64,000 bases of DNA, taken from contig JBGQGB010000002.1 of the NCBI GenBank assembly GCA_041497195.1, positions 172,140 to 236,139 on the forward strand, given 5' to 3'. A program made the position numbers and the translations under genes. This stretch comes from Candidatus Doudnabacteria bacterium. GTDB taxonomy: Bacteria > Patescibacteriota > Doudnabacteria > UBA920 > 2-01-FULL-46-14. The first letter of the stretch is position 1. Each line of letters opens with the position of its first letter. Below, piece by piece: positions 18,897-29,367 of this stretch. The notes below the pieces were generated by a model. That model did not search any database. It was not told the DNA's origin and saw only the letters and a program-made list of their open reading frames with translations.

Positions 18897-19807
18897 ACGG
18901 CATCACATTCGGCAGAGTCATCAACAACGGGTTTATCAATTATTGGCGCAATTTTTGGCTGTCCGCGGCGGCGACCGCGATAATGGTCATCACGCTGTTC
19001 ATCATCAGCAGTCTTCTGGTACTCAACGCGCTCGCCAGTATTGCGCTCAGTTCCATCCAAGAAAAAGTGGATATTAGCGTGTATTTCAAACCAACCACGT
19101 CCGAACTCACTATCACGCAAATCCAAGACCAATTGCAAGTGCTTTCGCAAGTTAAATCCGTAACTTATATCCCGTCAGTAACCGCGCGGGACAAATTTAA
19201 AGAGCTGCACAAGGACGAGCCGCTGCTCCTGGAATCAGTCGACCAATTTTCAGACTCAGACAACCCGTTTCCCGCGTCTTTCGCGATCCGGGTAAACAGT
19301 CTGGCCGACTACGCGACCATCATCAATATTTTCCAGGATCAGAAATTCCAGCCGTATGTCGAGAAAATTACTGACAAACGCGATGTCGTCGACAGGCTGA
19401 CTAGCATCACGCGCGGGGTAAAACGTATCGGCTTGGGTCTGATAGCCATTTTCAGCGCAATTACGCTGATTGTGATGTTTAATACCATCCGCCTGACCAT
19501 CTACAACCGGAGGGAAGAAATTGAGATAATGCGCCTGGTTGGGGCTTCCAACTGGTTTATCCGCGGCCCATTTGTCATAGAAGGCGTTTTTTACGGGCTG
19601 GTTGGGGCGCTGATTACTTCTGGGCTCATGTACCCGCTCATTTACGTTTTGGCGCCTAAAATCTCCAAATTTCTAGAACTGGACGTGTTTAGCTATCATT
19701 ATCTAGGCTTAAATTTTTGGGGGCTTTTGGGTCTGCAAATGGTCACAGGAATAGTCTTAGGTGTGTTTTCTTCGCTGATCGTCATTCGGCGCTATCTAAA
19801 AATCTAG
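18893..19807 (+). CDS. ftsX: Cell division permease FtsX
   Basis: NTIRLTIYNRREEIEIMRLVGASNWFIRGPFVIEG. Confidence 0.92.
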   Translation: MNGITFGRVINNGFINYWRNFWLSAAATAIMVITLFIISSLLVLNALASIALSSIQEKVDISVYFKPTTSELTITQIQDQLQVLSQVKSVTYIPSVTARDKFKELHKDEPLLLESVDQFSDSDNPFPASFAIRVNSLADYATIINIFQDQKFQPYVEKITDKRDVVDRLTSITRGVKRIGLGLIAIFSAITLIVMFNTIRLTIYNRREEIEIMRLVGASNWFIRGPFVIEGVFYGLVGALITSGLMYPLIYVLAPKISKFLELDVFSYHYLGLNFWGLLGLQMVTGIVLGVFSSLIVIRRYLKI

Positions 19808-19810
19808 TTC

Positions 19811-20257
19811 ATGAAAGTCGTCTTGCTAAAAGATCAAAAGGGCCTGGGTAGGACTGGCGACATAGTCGAGGTGTCTACAGGATACGCGAGGAATTTTTTG
19901 TTTACGCAAAAACTCGCAAGCGCAGCTGACGAGCGAATCATCAGCGAAATCCAGTCCAAGCGGGCGCAAAACCAAAAACTTTCAGAGATGAGAAAAAAGA
20001 ACGCTTTGCAGTTGGCTCAAAAACTGGCCGGTACAGTCGTGGAATTCAAGGTGCCGGTGGATGAAAAAGGCCATTTATACGCTGGCTTGAAAGAAGAACA
20101 AATTCTCGCTAAGATACCTTCTGGGGGCAAACCATCCAGTCCAGACGTAAGACTGGTGGATTACAAACCTATTAAAACTGCGGGAATTCACAAGGTTAAG
20201 TTGATACTTGATATGAGCACGCAAGCTGAATTAACTCTAGCCGTAAAAGGCGCATGA
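19811..20257 (+). CDS. rplI: 50S ribosomal protein L9
   Basis: [27 protein letters not shown]; [10 protein letters not shown]. Confidence 0.92.
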   Translation: MKVVLLKDQKGLGRTGDIVEVSTGYARNFLFTQKLASAADERIISEIQSKRAQNQKLSEMRKKNALQLAQKLAGTVVEFKVPVDEKGHLYAGLKEEQILAKIPSGGKPSSPDVRLVDYKPIKTAGIHKVKLILDMSTQAELTLAVKGA

Positions 20258-21924
20258 CCAAGTCAGAGTCGAAGAAAACCGGAAAAAAGAAAGCAACTCG
20301 ATATGTGTTTGTCATCGGCGGCGTGATGTCATCCGTCGGTAAAGGTGTCACAACGGCCTCTCTGGGCCGTGTTTTACAGTCTAAAGGCTACAAAGTCGCC
20401 ATCGTTAAATGCGAAATGTACGTCAACATCGACGCGGGAACTATTCGCCCCACCGAGCACGGCGAAGTTTTTGTCGGCAGCGACGGAATCGAAGCTGACC
20501 AGGATCTGGGGAATTACGAAAGATTTACGGGCAATTTGTCGAAATCGGAAAATTATATTACACAAGGCCAGATCTATCTCGAAGTCATCAGGCGCGAGCG
20601 CAATCTCGAGTTCGGCGGCGAGGACGTAGAGGTTATCCCCGATATTCCGAACGAAATCATCAGACGGCTCAAGCTGGTTGAAAAAAAGCAGAAACCGGAT
20701 TTTATAATAGTCGAAATTGGCGGGACCGTGGGGGAATACCAAGACCTGCTGTTCTTGGAAGCCGCCCGCATGATGCATTTAAAAAGTCCGGAATTAGTCC
20801 AATTCGTTTTGGTCAGTTATTTGCCAATTCCGAAAACAGTCGGAGAAATGAAGACTAAACCGACTCAGTACGCTACCAGGACCTTAAACTCCGCTGGTAT
20901 CGAGCCTGATTTCATCGTTTGCCGTTCTGAGAGGCCGCTCGACCGAAAACGCAAAGAAAAGATGTCCGTCCTTTGCAACGTCGCCCCGGATGATTTGATC
21001 TCCGCCCCCGATGCGGACACGATTTACGAGGTCCCTCTGCTTTTGGAAAAAGAAGGCCTCGGAGACAAAGTCCTCAAAAAATTTGGCTTCGAAAAGCAAT
21101 CAAAGGATCTGAAAGACTGGCGGGCGATGGTCGCCAAAATAAAAAGAGCAACCAGGCCGCTGGATATAGCTGTGGTCGGCAAATATTTCTCAACAGGGGA
21201 TTATACCCTAGTTGATTCTTATATCTCGGTCGTCGAAGCAATCAGGCATGCCTGCTGGCAAAACAACCGGTTGCCGCGTTTGCATTGGATCAATTCTGAG
21301 GATCTGGAGAAAAATCCGGCAATGCTCGTCAAGCTCAAAGCCATGGCCGGAATCCTGGTGCCGGGAGGTTTTGGGAGTCGGGGCGTCGAAGGAATCATCA
21401 TGGCCATCAAATACGCGCGGGAGCACAAGATCCCTTTTTTCGGTCTGTGCTATGGTTTGCAACTAGCCACAATCGAATTTGCTAGAAACGTCTGCGGTTT
21501 GCCGGGGGCCAATAGCACTGAAATTGAGCACAAGGCAAAATATCCGGTAATAGACGTGATGCCAGAACAAAAAAAGAACCTCGCTGATAAAAACTTCGGC
21601 GCGACAATGCGACTGGGCGATTATCCCTGCAAAATAAAAAAAGGTACCCTGGCCTACGACGCCTATGGCACTAGCGGGCCAGTGATGGAAAGGCACCGAC
21701 ACCGATACGAGGTAAATAACCAATACCGGAAGCGATTGGAGGACAAGGGTATGGTATTTTCCGGACTTTATCTCAAAAAAGACCTCGTGGAAATCGCCGA
21801 ACTCAATAAAAAAACCCACCCGTGGTTTTTGGGAACCCAATTTCATCCGGAATTCAATTCGCACCCCTGGGCCCCGCAACCGCTCTTTGATGGATTTGTA
21901 AAAGCCTCTATCAGACTACATTGA
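20254..21924 (+). CDS. pyrG: CTP synthase
   Basis: [48 protein letters not shown]. Confidence 0.97.
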   Translation: MTKSESKKTGKKKATRYVFVIGGVMSSVGKGVTTASLGRVLQSKGYKVAIVKCEMYVNIDAGTIRPTEHGEVFVGSDGIEADQDLGNYERFTGNLSKSENYITQGQIYLEVIRRERNLEFGGEDVEVIPDIPNEIIRRLKLVEKKQKPDFIIVEIGGTVGEYQDLLFLEAARMMHLKSPELVQFVLVSYLPIPKTVGEMKTKPTQYATRTLNSAGIEPDFIVCRSERPLDRKRKEKMSVLCNVAPDDLISAPDADTIYEVPLLLEKEGLGDKVLKKFGFEKQSKDLKDWRAMVAKIKRATRPLDIAVVGKYFSTGDYTLVDSYISVVEAIRHACWQNNRLPRLHWINSEDLEKNPAMLVKLKAMAGILVPGGFGSRGVEGIIMAIKYAREHKIPFFGLCYGLQLATIEFARNVCGLPGANSTEIEHKAKYPVIDVMPEQKKNLADKNFGATMRLGDYPCKIKKGTLAYDAYGTSGPVMERHRHRYEVNNQYRKRLEDKGMVFSGLYLKKDLVEIAELNKKTHPWFLGTQFHPEFNSHPWAPQPLFDGFVKASIRLH

Positions 21925-22183
21925 CGATAGTTCTTTTCTTCAACTGACCGTCGAAACCGCGGACCTGTTTCTGGTTAAACTGTACTATACCTTCTTTCAT
22001 AGAATAAATTGTATCGTCCTTTCCAATCTTTACGTTTTTGCCGGGGTGATATTTGGTGCCCCTTTGTCTGATAATAACATTGCCGGTGGAAACTTTTTGC
22101 CCGCCGAAAATCTTCACTCCCAAACGTTTGGAAGCTGAATCCCGTCCTAGACTTGTACTACCTCCGGCCTTTTTGTGTGCCAT
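21911..22183 (-). CDS. rpmA: 50S ribosomal protein L27
   Basis: [24 protein letters not shown]...RQRGTK; 3' end overlaps pyrG. Confidence 0.96.
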   Translation of the reverse strand: MAHKKAGGSTSLGRDSASKRLGVKIFGGQKVSTGNVIIRQRGTKYHPGKNVKIGKDDTIYSMKEGIVQFNQKQVRGFDGQLKKRTIVNVV

Positions 22184-22263
22184 TCGACTGCGTTCTCCGT
22201 TTCGCTGCAAACTTCGAGCTCTGGCTTAGAAATCGAATGTCCAGAGTGAAGTCGAGAGACTAC

Positions 22264-23550
22264 CTATTGAACCTTAAAAATAAAAATTTCCCTTGAAACA
22301 AACTGATCCTTGCGGTCATAGATTATGCTTTTTCTCTGGGTCAGGCGCAAAAAATCGTACTTTTCAATCAAAACTTCCGGCAGCGGATCAACAATATCGT
22401 ATCCCAATTTGCTGAGCTTGTCAACGATTTCCAGGAAACGATACCCGGAAGTAGTGCGGTAGGCAGGCAAGGCAATCACGACTCTTTTGCCCGAACTGAG
22501 AATTTTGGCAAAAGCTTTGAAAGCGCCCAGGTACAAAGTTTGCAGATTTTTGAAATTTTGTTTTATTTCATTTTCGTTCGGCATTTGCGCATAGGCTGGC
22601 CCTAGCGTTCCTTCTGTGACGATGGCCTCAAATTTGAGTTTCGGCAGATTAGTTTGCAGCTCTTTGACATCGCTTAAGAACAATTCATAGCGCCCGGTCG
22701 GTAATTTGTAGCGGTTTTTAACCCACTGTAGATTTTTTTCTCCATCATCCACAGCTTTCTGGGAAATATCCGAGCCGATTCCCTTGTATCCCATGAGCAT
22801 GGCTTCCTGAAGTACTGTTCCCGACCCGACAAAGGGATCAAGTACAGCTCGTTTCAAGTCTCCGACCATTTCTACTGGCAGTTGCGCCAGATTGAGCATA
22901 ATTTGCGCCACTTTCGGCGGTAACATGCCAACCTGGTTATCGCGTGCGGGGCGTTGATAATCACGCCGGCCATAATCCTCGAAATCCTGCACAGACAGGG
23001 TCTTCGCCAGATAAATCCGTTCGGCTCCGACCAGGAAATCAATCTCCGCACCCTTGGTCAGCAAATGCTCGCCCGTGACAACGACCGAAGGCAGGGCAAT
23101 AGCTTCTTCCTGTGGCAAAACAGCGCGCACAGACCAGCCGGCTGTTGTGAGCAGATCTTTGATCCCAAGGCCCAGGCGTTTCGGCTCTCCGCGCAAAGGA
23201 AGCTCCCTAGCCATCGGGTAAATAGATACGCCGATCTGAATTTTTCCGGTAGCATTACCCAGAAATTTCTCCTTCAGAAGTGGTACATCGAAATAATCCT
23301 TGAAAACCCAGCTGGGCCCGTCCATTTTTTTTCTTCCCAGCGAATCCAAAACTTCCATTATCTTGATGGTTCCGCCCAGCCTTTTCTGAAGTTTTTCCAC
23401 CGGCAACACTTCTTCCGTTTCAATAACTAAAACCTCGCGATACAAATCAACGAGGCGAAAAGAAAGACCCATGTTTTCGAACACCCCAAACAATTCTGCC
23501 AAAGAAAGCGTGAACACCCGCCCTAAATTGAAAGCGTATTTGACTTTCAT
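22264..23550 (-). CDS. Trm11/TrmG10-like SAM-dependent RNA methyltransferase (THUMP-like N-terminus)
   Basis: RDYQRPARD..GMLPPKVAQIM, VLDPFVGSGTVLQEA, GSDIS; start assumed at MKVKYAF. Confidence 0.75.
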   Translation of the reverse strand: MKVKYAFNLGRVFTLSLAELFGVFENMGLSFRLVDLYREVLVIETEEVLPVEKLQKRLGGTIKIMEVLDSLGRKKMDGPSWVFKDYFDVPLLKEKFLGNATGKIQIGVSIYPMARELPLRGEPKRLGLGIKDLLTTAGWSVRAVLPQEEAIALPSVVVTGEHLLTKGAEIDFLVGAERIYLAKTLSVQDFEDYGRRDYQRPARDNQVGMLPPKVAQIMLNLAQLPVEMVGDLKRAVLDPFVGSGTVLQEAMLMGYKGIGSDISQKAVDDGEKNLQWVKNRYKLPTGRYELFLSDVKELQTNLPKLKFEAIVTEGTLGPAYAQMPNENEIKQNFKNLQTLYLGAFKAFAKILSSGKRVVIALPAYRTTSGYRFLEIVDKLSKLGYDIVDPLPEVLIEKYDFLRLTQRKSIIYDRKDQFVSREIFIFKVQ

Positions 23551-23947
23551 TGATTTAATCAAGAAACATCAACAAAGAGCGGCTGTCCTCTTGGGCTACT
23601 TGCTGGTGGCTGGCTTGTTTTTTGGACTCGGCAAGTATTCCACAAACAACTCTGCGCGTACTGTCAGGATCGAGGAACCCTCTTTGGATTTATCTCATGT
23701 TAATAATAATGCAAATGCTGCTGCGGTACAAACTCCGCCCCCTTCTACTGCCGGTAGCGTTGCCGGTGCTACAGCCGCAAAGCCTTTCTCCTCTGACTGC
23801 GCCGGAAAAATCAAGGGCAATATTTCTGCCACAAGCAAGATTTATCACATGCCGGGCGGCGCTTTTTATGACCGGACTAATCCGGAAATGTGTTTTGATA
23901 CTGAAGCGCAAGCTCAGGCTGCTGGGTTTCGCAAGAGTCAGCGCTAA
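23528..23947 (+). CDS. Membrane-anchored protein with C-terminal Ada-like/thermonuclease-associated small domain
   Basis: One TM, S/T/A linker, IKGNIS..KIYHMPGG.FY..CF.TEAQAQAAGFRKS; start codon uncertain. Confidence 0.7.
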   Translation: MKAYLTFIDLIKKHQQRAAVLLGYLLVAGLFFGLGKYSTNNSARTVRIEEPSLDLSHVNNNANAAAVQTPPPSTAGSVAGATAAKPFSSDCAGKIKGNISATSKIYHMPGGAFYDRTNPEMCFDTEAQAQAAGFRKSQR

Positions 23948-23950
23948 ATC

Positions 23951-24637
23951 ATGACCAAGGCCACTCGCAAGCTCACTCAGCAAGTCACTGACCTCAGGGA
24001 AGCCGGTCGCCAGCAACAAGCCCTAGCACTTGCTGGCCGGCTGATTTTGAGATTTGCAAAAGAGACCGATTACCTGGGGCTGTTTGATGTGCTTGGCAGC
24101 CGGTGCCTCGTATGGAAACACTTGTTTCAATTAACAAGGCGCAAGGTTTACCGATTCCTCATGCGCTCTGATGCAGAGCTCGGATTGGCGCTTTCGATCA
24201 CAGAGAAACTCAAATCTCGGCTTCACGTGGCTCATTTCCGTATGGCTGAGACATTGATGACCTTTCAGGACTACAAAGTGGCCGCTAGGGAATATCAGTT
24301 GGCACTCAGACACTATCGCGGCAATAGAGCAGAAAGAGGGGATTTTCGCTACCACCTTGGCGAAGCGCTTTATCGAAGCGGAAAGCGCGAGCTGGGTAAA
24401 AAAACCATTCTCCAAGGACTTCAGGAGATTCAAGCCAATCGGGACGCTGTTGACTCTTTTTTAGCAAACGTTTGGGAATCAGGAGCCTATATGCGTATTG
24501 CCGAGTTATTGTGGAAGAGCAAACCGAAAAAAGCCAAACAATATCTGGGTGAGGCAAAACGAATAATTGAAAGCGATAAGCTTTTGGTGATGCGCCGCAA
24601 ACAATTCCAAATTTTGCTGCTAGAACTTCAAGACTAA
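23951..24637 (+). CDS. TPR-like helical repeat protein
   Basis: AHFRMAETL..AAREYQLAL; YHLGEALYRSG; AYMRIAELL. Confidence 0.65.
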   Translation: MTKATRKLTQQVTDLREAGRQQQALALAGRLILRFAKETDYLGLFDVLGSRCLVWKHLFQLTRRKVYRFLMRSDAELGLALSITEKLKSRLHVAHFRMAETLMTFQDYKVAAREYQLALRHYRGNRAERGDFRYHLGEALYRSGKRELGKKTILQGLQEIQANRDAVDSFLANVWESGAYMRIAELLWKSKPKKAKQYLGEAKRIIESDKLLVMRRKQFQILLLELQD

Positions 24638-24646
24638 ATAAAAATC

Positions 24647-24686
24647 AAAAAAAATTGGACCCCGATTCCGAAAGGAACCAGGGTCC
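24647..24686 (-). terminator. Bipartite hairpin terminator
   Basis: A8 then GGACCC-CGA-TTCC-GAAA-GGAA-CCA-GGGTCC on the + strand. Confidence 0.65.
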
Positions 24687-24708
24687 TGATAATGCGTGTG
24701 CTTCCGGG

Positions 24709-25251
24709 TCAACTCCCCGAAGCGTATTGATCCATTCTCCAACGAAGGTTCGCGGCTTTCAGCCGGAGCAGGGTCCAGGCTTCAAACAATAAGCGTTGCC
24801 AGGTCTTGGCCGGAGCCTCGATTTGCGGTCCGTACTCTCGCTCCGGTCGAATCAGGCCCTGTTTTAAGAGGGCCACTAGTTCCAAAAGGTCCCCGACCCT
24901 TTCGGCCTCGACCAGGTTGCTCTCCCTTACCGCAGAGCTCGTCAAATCCACCCTTGCTGATCGAACACGGTAGAGACCAGCGGCTCGATATTGCGCTAGG
25001 TTGACAAGGATTGTGAAGCGGGTCGGACAGGCCAGCTCAGTGATTAGCCTTTCGATAGCGACAGGCAATTGGCGACCGAAAAGCACCGAGCATTCCAGAT
25101 ACAAAGCCTGTGCTTGCTTGTCACAGAGAACTTCGATTTTTCCAGACTCAGATTTGCGGCTGAGCAAGCGCGGGTCGTATTCTACAACCTTGAAACCCAT
25201 CGACTCGAATTTCTCCCTGCTGACACCAGTAAAATAAACGCGCAATTCCAT
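24709..25251 (-). CDS. Hypothetical orphan protein
   Basis: GGAGG SD before ATG 25251; TTGACA-N17-TAATAT promoter at 25382-25354; own terminator. Confidence 0.6.
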   Translation of the reverse strand: MELRVYFTGVSREKFESMGFKVVEYDPRLLSRKSESGKIEVLCDKQAQALYLECSVLFGRQLPVAIERLITELACPTRFTILVNLAQYRAAGLYRVRSARVDLTSSAVRESNLVEAERVGDLLELVALLKQGLIRPEREYGPQIEAPAKTWQRLLFEAWTLLRLKAANLRWRMDQYASGS

Positions 25252-25428
25252 AACATCCTCCACTACTCATCGTCCGGGAGTTTTCGTGCTGTTCTACACA
25301 GTCACGCTCCTGTCGGTACGAGGCTTCTACCGATGTTTTGATAGAAACAATCAATATTATCATAAAAACGACTGGTTGTCAATTCTGCCTGATTAAGCTA
25401 AAATAAACACACTCTCAAATGATTACTT

Positions 25429-28020
25429 ATGGCTTTTTTAGGAAAAATATTCGGGTTTGAAGACCCGGCGAAGAGTGTCCGCTCGGAGATTGCTCGCATC
25501 AACGAACTGGAAAAGGAATACGAAAATCTCTCTCGCGAGGATCTGACCGCCAAGACGACAAAATGGCGCGAGGAAATCGCTGCCCTGCCGGCCGAAAAGA
25601 TCAAGGACTTTTTGACAGCCATTTTGCCGGAAGCTTTTGCGGTAGTCCGGGAAGCAGCCAAACGCACCCTGGGGCAGCGGCATTACGACGTGCAGTTGGT
25701 TGGCGGGATCATGCTCCATCAGGGAAAAGTCGCGGAAATGAAAACTGGCGAGGGCAAAACCTTGGCCGCCACTTTGCCGGTCTACCTCAACGCTCTTGCT
25801 GGCAAAGGTGTGCACGTAGTCACTGTCAACGACTACCTGGCTCGCCGAGATTCTTCGTGGATGGGACAAATTTACAATTACCTCGGGCTTTCGGCGGCTG
25901 CAATTCAGCATGAGCAGTCTTTCATTTATTCGGAAAAAGTGGAACCACCGCGAGAACAAGAAGGGGGCACGACCGGGCCGCCCGTCGTTCAAATTGACGT
26001 GAAAAACATGGTCCCGACCTCGCGTAGCCAAGCTTACACTGCTGACATTCTGTACGGAACAAACAACGAGTTCGGGTTTGATTATTTGCGCGACAACATG
26101 GCGCCCAGCCTGGAGCAGATGGTGCAGCGCGATTTATACTATGCCATTGTCGACGAAGTCGACTCGATTCTCATCGATGAAGCTCGGACCCCGCTGATTA
26201 TTTCCGCGCCTGACGTGGAGAGCACGCACCTTTATAGTGAATTTGCAAATTTCGCTCTTACTCTGACGCCGGAGGATTATGTTCTTGAGGAAAAACACCG
26301 ACAAGTGACCTATACCGAGGCCGGATACGAAAAATTGGAAAAAAAATACGGCCCGGAAATCTACAGCGACGTGAAGCTTCGTCATCACGCTGATTCGGCT
26401 CTGAGAGCCCTGACTTTGTTCAAAAAAGACCGGGATTATGTCGTCCGGGAAGGGGAAATAATAATAGTCGATGAATTCACCGGACGGCTCATGATCGGCC
26501 GGCGTTATTCGGAAGGATTGCATCAAGCCATCGAGGCCGAAGAAGGCGTACAGGTAAAACAGGAGTCGAGAACGCTCGCTACAATCACTTTTCAAAATTA
26601 CTTTCGCTTGTACAAAAAATTGGCCGGCATGACTGGCACCGCGGCCACGGAAGCAGAGGAGTTCCACAAAATTTATAATCTGGACGTTGTCGAGATACCT
26701 AGCAACAAGCCGACAATCAGAGAGGATCTGCCTGATAGCGTTTACAAAACCGAGGCTGGGAAATATCAGGCCATCGTGCGCGAAGTAAAAAAAAGATACG
26801 ATGCCGGCCAGCCAACCTTGATCGGCACCATATCTATAGAAAAAAATGAAATGCTGGCCGGACTTTTGAAAAAAGCCGGGGTCAGGCATGAAATCCTCAA
26901 CGCGAAAAACCATGAACGAGAAGCCCATATCATTGCCCAGGCTGGCAAATTCAAGGCCGCCACCCTGGCCACAAACATCGCTGGCCGCGGGGTCGATATC
27001 CTTTTGGGTGGCAACCCTCCGGATGGCGAAGAAGCGGACAAAGTCAGGCAGCTAGGGGGTCTGCACGTCATAGGCACTGAGAGGCATGAAGCCAGACGGA
27101 TAGACAATCAGCTCCGGGGGCGTTCCGGCCGTCAGGGCGACCCCGGGTCCTCGCAGTTTTTCATTTCTCTGGAAGACGATTTGATGAGACTCTTCGGTGG
27201 AGACCGGGTGAAAAAAATGATGGACACTTTGGGCGTGCCCGAAGACCAGCCGATTGAAGCCAAAATAGTCAGCAGGACCATTGAGAGCGCGCAGCATAAA
27301 ATCGAGGGCATGAACTTTGATTTGCGTAAGCATGTTTTGGAGTTCGACGACGTCCTCAACAAACAAAGAGAAGTCATTTACGGAAGAAGACGCAAGATAC
27401 TAGGCGGCGAGATTGATCTGCGCGAGCAAACTCTGCAAAAAATCCGAGAACAAATTGAAAATATATTGAGCCTGGAGCAAGACCCAAAGATCTTGTATGA
27501 GCAAGTTAACGCGATTTTTCCGATACAAAAAGACGAGGAAAAAACGTTTTCCAGTCAGGAAATGTGGATAAATCAGTTGACAAAACTTGCACTGGAGCGT
27601 TACGAGGAAAAAGAAAGCAAGGTCTCTGCTGGCATAATGAGGCAGATTGAAAAGATTATCACTCTCCAATCCATTGACAATTTGTGGATGCAGCACCTGG
27701 ACACCATGGACCACTTGAGACAGTCTGTCAGTTTGCGCGGTTATGCTCAAAAAGATCCGCTGGTGGAATACAAACAGGACGGCTTGCGCTTGTTTGAACG
27801 TTTACTTTCGGAAATAGATAAAAGCATTGTTTACACTATTTACCGAGTCGACGTGCAGCCCAGGGAAACGCCTCATATCCATTCAAGTTCCGCAGTCCGC
27901 GCCGCTGATGGGACTAGGGCAGGTAGAAACGACCCCTGCCCTTGCGGGAGCGGCAAAAAGTGGAAAAAATGCGGGATGCTGAATACCCCAGAACACCAAA
28001 AGTTCATGGCTCAGCGCTAA
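25429..28020 (+). CDS. secA: Preprotein translocase ATPase SecA
   Basis: MKTGEGKT, DEVDSILIDEARTPLIIS, QLRGRSGRQGDPG, SEC-C motif GRNDPCPCGSGKKWKKC. Confidence 0.98.
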   Translation: MAFLGKIFGFEDPAKSVRSEIARINELEKEYENLSREDLTAKTTKWREEIAALPAEKIKDFLTAILPEAFAVVREAAKRTLGQRHYDVQLVGGIMLHQGKVAEMKTGEGKTLAATLPVYLNALAGKGVHVVTVNDYLARRDSSWMGQIYNYLGLSAAAIQHEQSFIYSEKVEPPREQEGGTTGPPVVQIDVKNMVPTSRSQAYTADILYGTNNEFGFDYLRDNMAPSLEQMVQRDLYYAIVDEVDSILIDEARTPLIISAPDVESTHLYSEFANFALTLTPEDYVLEEKHRQVTYTEAGYEKLEKKYGPEIYSDVKLRHHADSALRALTLFKKDRDYVVREGEIIIVDEFTGRLMIGRRYSEGLHQAIEAEEGVQVKQESRTLATITFQNYFRLYKKLAGMTGTAATEAEEFHKIYNLDVVEIPSNKPTIREDLPDSVYKTEAGKYQAIVREVKKRYDAGQPTLIGTISIEKNEMLAGLLKKAGVRHEILNAKNHEREAHIIAQAGKFKAATLATNIAGRGVDILLGGNPPDGEEADKVRQLGGLHVIGTERHEARRIDNQLRGRSGRQGDPGSSQFFISLEDDLMRLFGGDRVKKMMDTLGVPEDQPIEAKIVSRTIESAQHKIEGMNFDLRKHVLEFDDVLNKQREVIYGRRRKILGGEIDLREQTLQKIREQIENILSLEQDPKILYEQVNAIFPIQKDEEKTFSSQEMWINQLTKLALERYEEKESKVSAGIMRQIEKIITLQSIDNLWMQHLDTMDHLRQSVSLRGYAQKDPLVEYKQDGLRLFERLLSEIDKSIVYTIYRVDVQPRETPHIHSSSAVRAADGTRAGRNDPCPCGSGKKWKKCGMLNTPEHQKFMAQR

Positions 28021-28062
28021 TCCAACTTGATTTTTTCTTTTTAGATGGCATAATATTAGAAG

Positions 28063-29367
28063 ATGAGCAAAACTAAACTATACATCAGATTTGTCCTTAT
28101 CTTACTGCTGGCCGCTGTCAGCGGTTTTCTTGTAACTGACAAACTAGCACTCCTAAAAATACACAAAAAAATCCCTTTCCGACTGGGGCTTGATCTGCAA
28201 GGCGGCACCAACCTGGTGTATGAAGGAAGCCTCACTGACATTGCCACAGCTGATCGCGGTGATGCCATGAATTCAGTCCGCAACGTCATTGAAAGAAGGG
28301 TCAACGCTTTCGGCGTGACCGAACCGGTCGTCCAAATAGCGGGGGAAAACAGGCTGATAGTGGAACTACCGGGTGTCAAAGACATCGATGCGGCAGTCAA
28401 ACAAATCGGCTTGACGCCTTTCTTGGAATTTCGCGAAGAAGATCCAAGTTACAAACAAACAGATCCTAATATAATCGAGCTCGGTAAAAAATACCGCCAA
28501 ACCGGGCTTTCCGGAAAAAACCTGAAACGTTCAAGCATCGTTTTTGACCCTACCACCAATGCTCCGCAAATCAGCCTGCAATTTGACAGCCAGGGTCAAA
28601 AACTTTTTGCAGATATCACTGGGCGAAATGTAGGCAAGACAGTCGCTATCTTTCTCGATGGCCAGCTAATTTCAGCGCCAGTGGTGCAGCAAGCGATCAG
28701 CTCCGGCCAGGCGGTGATCCAAGGACGATTCACAGTGGACGAAGCCAAACAACTGGCACAAAGACTCAACGCCGGAGCACTACCAGTTCCCATCAAACTA
28801 TTGCAGCAGGAAAACATCGGCCCCTCATTGGGCCAAATCTCGGTCAAGAAGAGTATTTTAGCCGGAATGATCGGTTTTCTGGCTGTGGTCGTGTTTATGA
28901 TTTTTTATTACCGCGTCCCGGGCATTTTGGCAACTTTTGCCCTGATCATTTACGTTTTATTTTCTTTGGCGATTTTTAAACTTCTGTCAATAACCTTGAC
29001 TTTGCCCGGCATCGCGGGCTTTATTTTATCCGTCGGCATGGCGGTGGACGCGAACATTTTAATTTTTGAACGCACCAAGGAGGAAATCCGCCTTGAGTTG
29101 CCTTTGGACAAAGCTTTGGAAGAGGGTTTCAAAAGGGCATGGTCTTCCATCCGCGACTCCAACGTTTCTTCCCTGATCACTGTCCTCATTTTGGGCTATT
29201 TTGGGACGAGCCTAATCAGAGGTTTCGCCATTACCTTGGGCATCGGTATTTTGGTCTCAATGTTTACGGCTATAACCGTGACGCGAACGTTCTTGCGGCT
29301 GCTGACGAGCTATAATTTTGCAAAAAACCCGAAACTTTACGGAGTGAGGAGCTTAAAAAATGTTTAG
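28063..29367 (+). CDS. secD: Protein translocase subunit SecD
   Basis: LGLDLQGG, RVNAFGVTEP, GALPVP, GMAVDANILIFER. Confidence 0.96.
   Translation: MSKTKLYIRFVLILLLAAVSGFLVTDKLALLKIHKKIPFRLGLDLQGGTNLVYEGSLTDIATADRGDAMNSVRNVIERRVNAFGVTEPVVQIAGENRLIVELPGVKDIDAAVKQIGLTPFLEFREEDPSYKQTDPNIIELGKKYRQTGLSGKNLKRSSIVFDPTTNAPQISLQFDSQGQKLFADITGRNVGKTVAIFLDGQLISAPVVQQAISSGQAVIQGRFTVDEAKQLAQRLNAGALPVPIKLLQQENIGPSLGQISVKKSILAGMIGFLAVVVFMIFYYRVPGILATFALIIYVLFSLAIFKLLSITLTLPGIAGFILSVGMAVDANILIFERTKEEIRLELPLDKALEEGFKRAWSSIRDSNVSSLITVLILGYFGTSLIRGFAITLGIGILVSMFTAITVTRTFLRLLTSYNFAKNPKLYGVRSLKNV

Noticed and set aside
25438-27750. Long antisense and alternate-frame ORFs over secA (likewise over gyrB, rplA, thyA, hppA and others)
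   Set aside because: Shadow ORFs of well-conserved genes, with no motifs or initiation signals.
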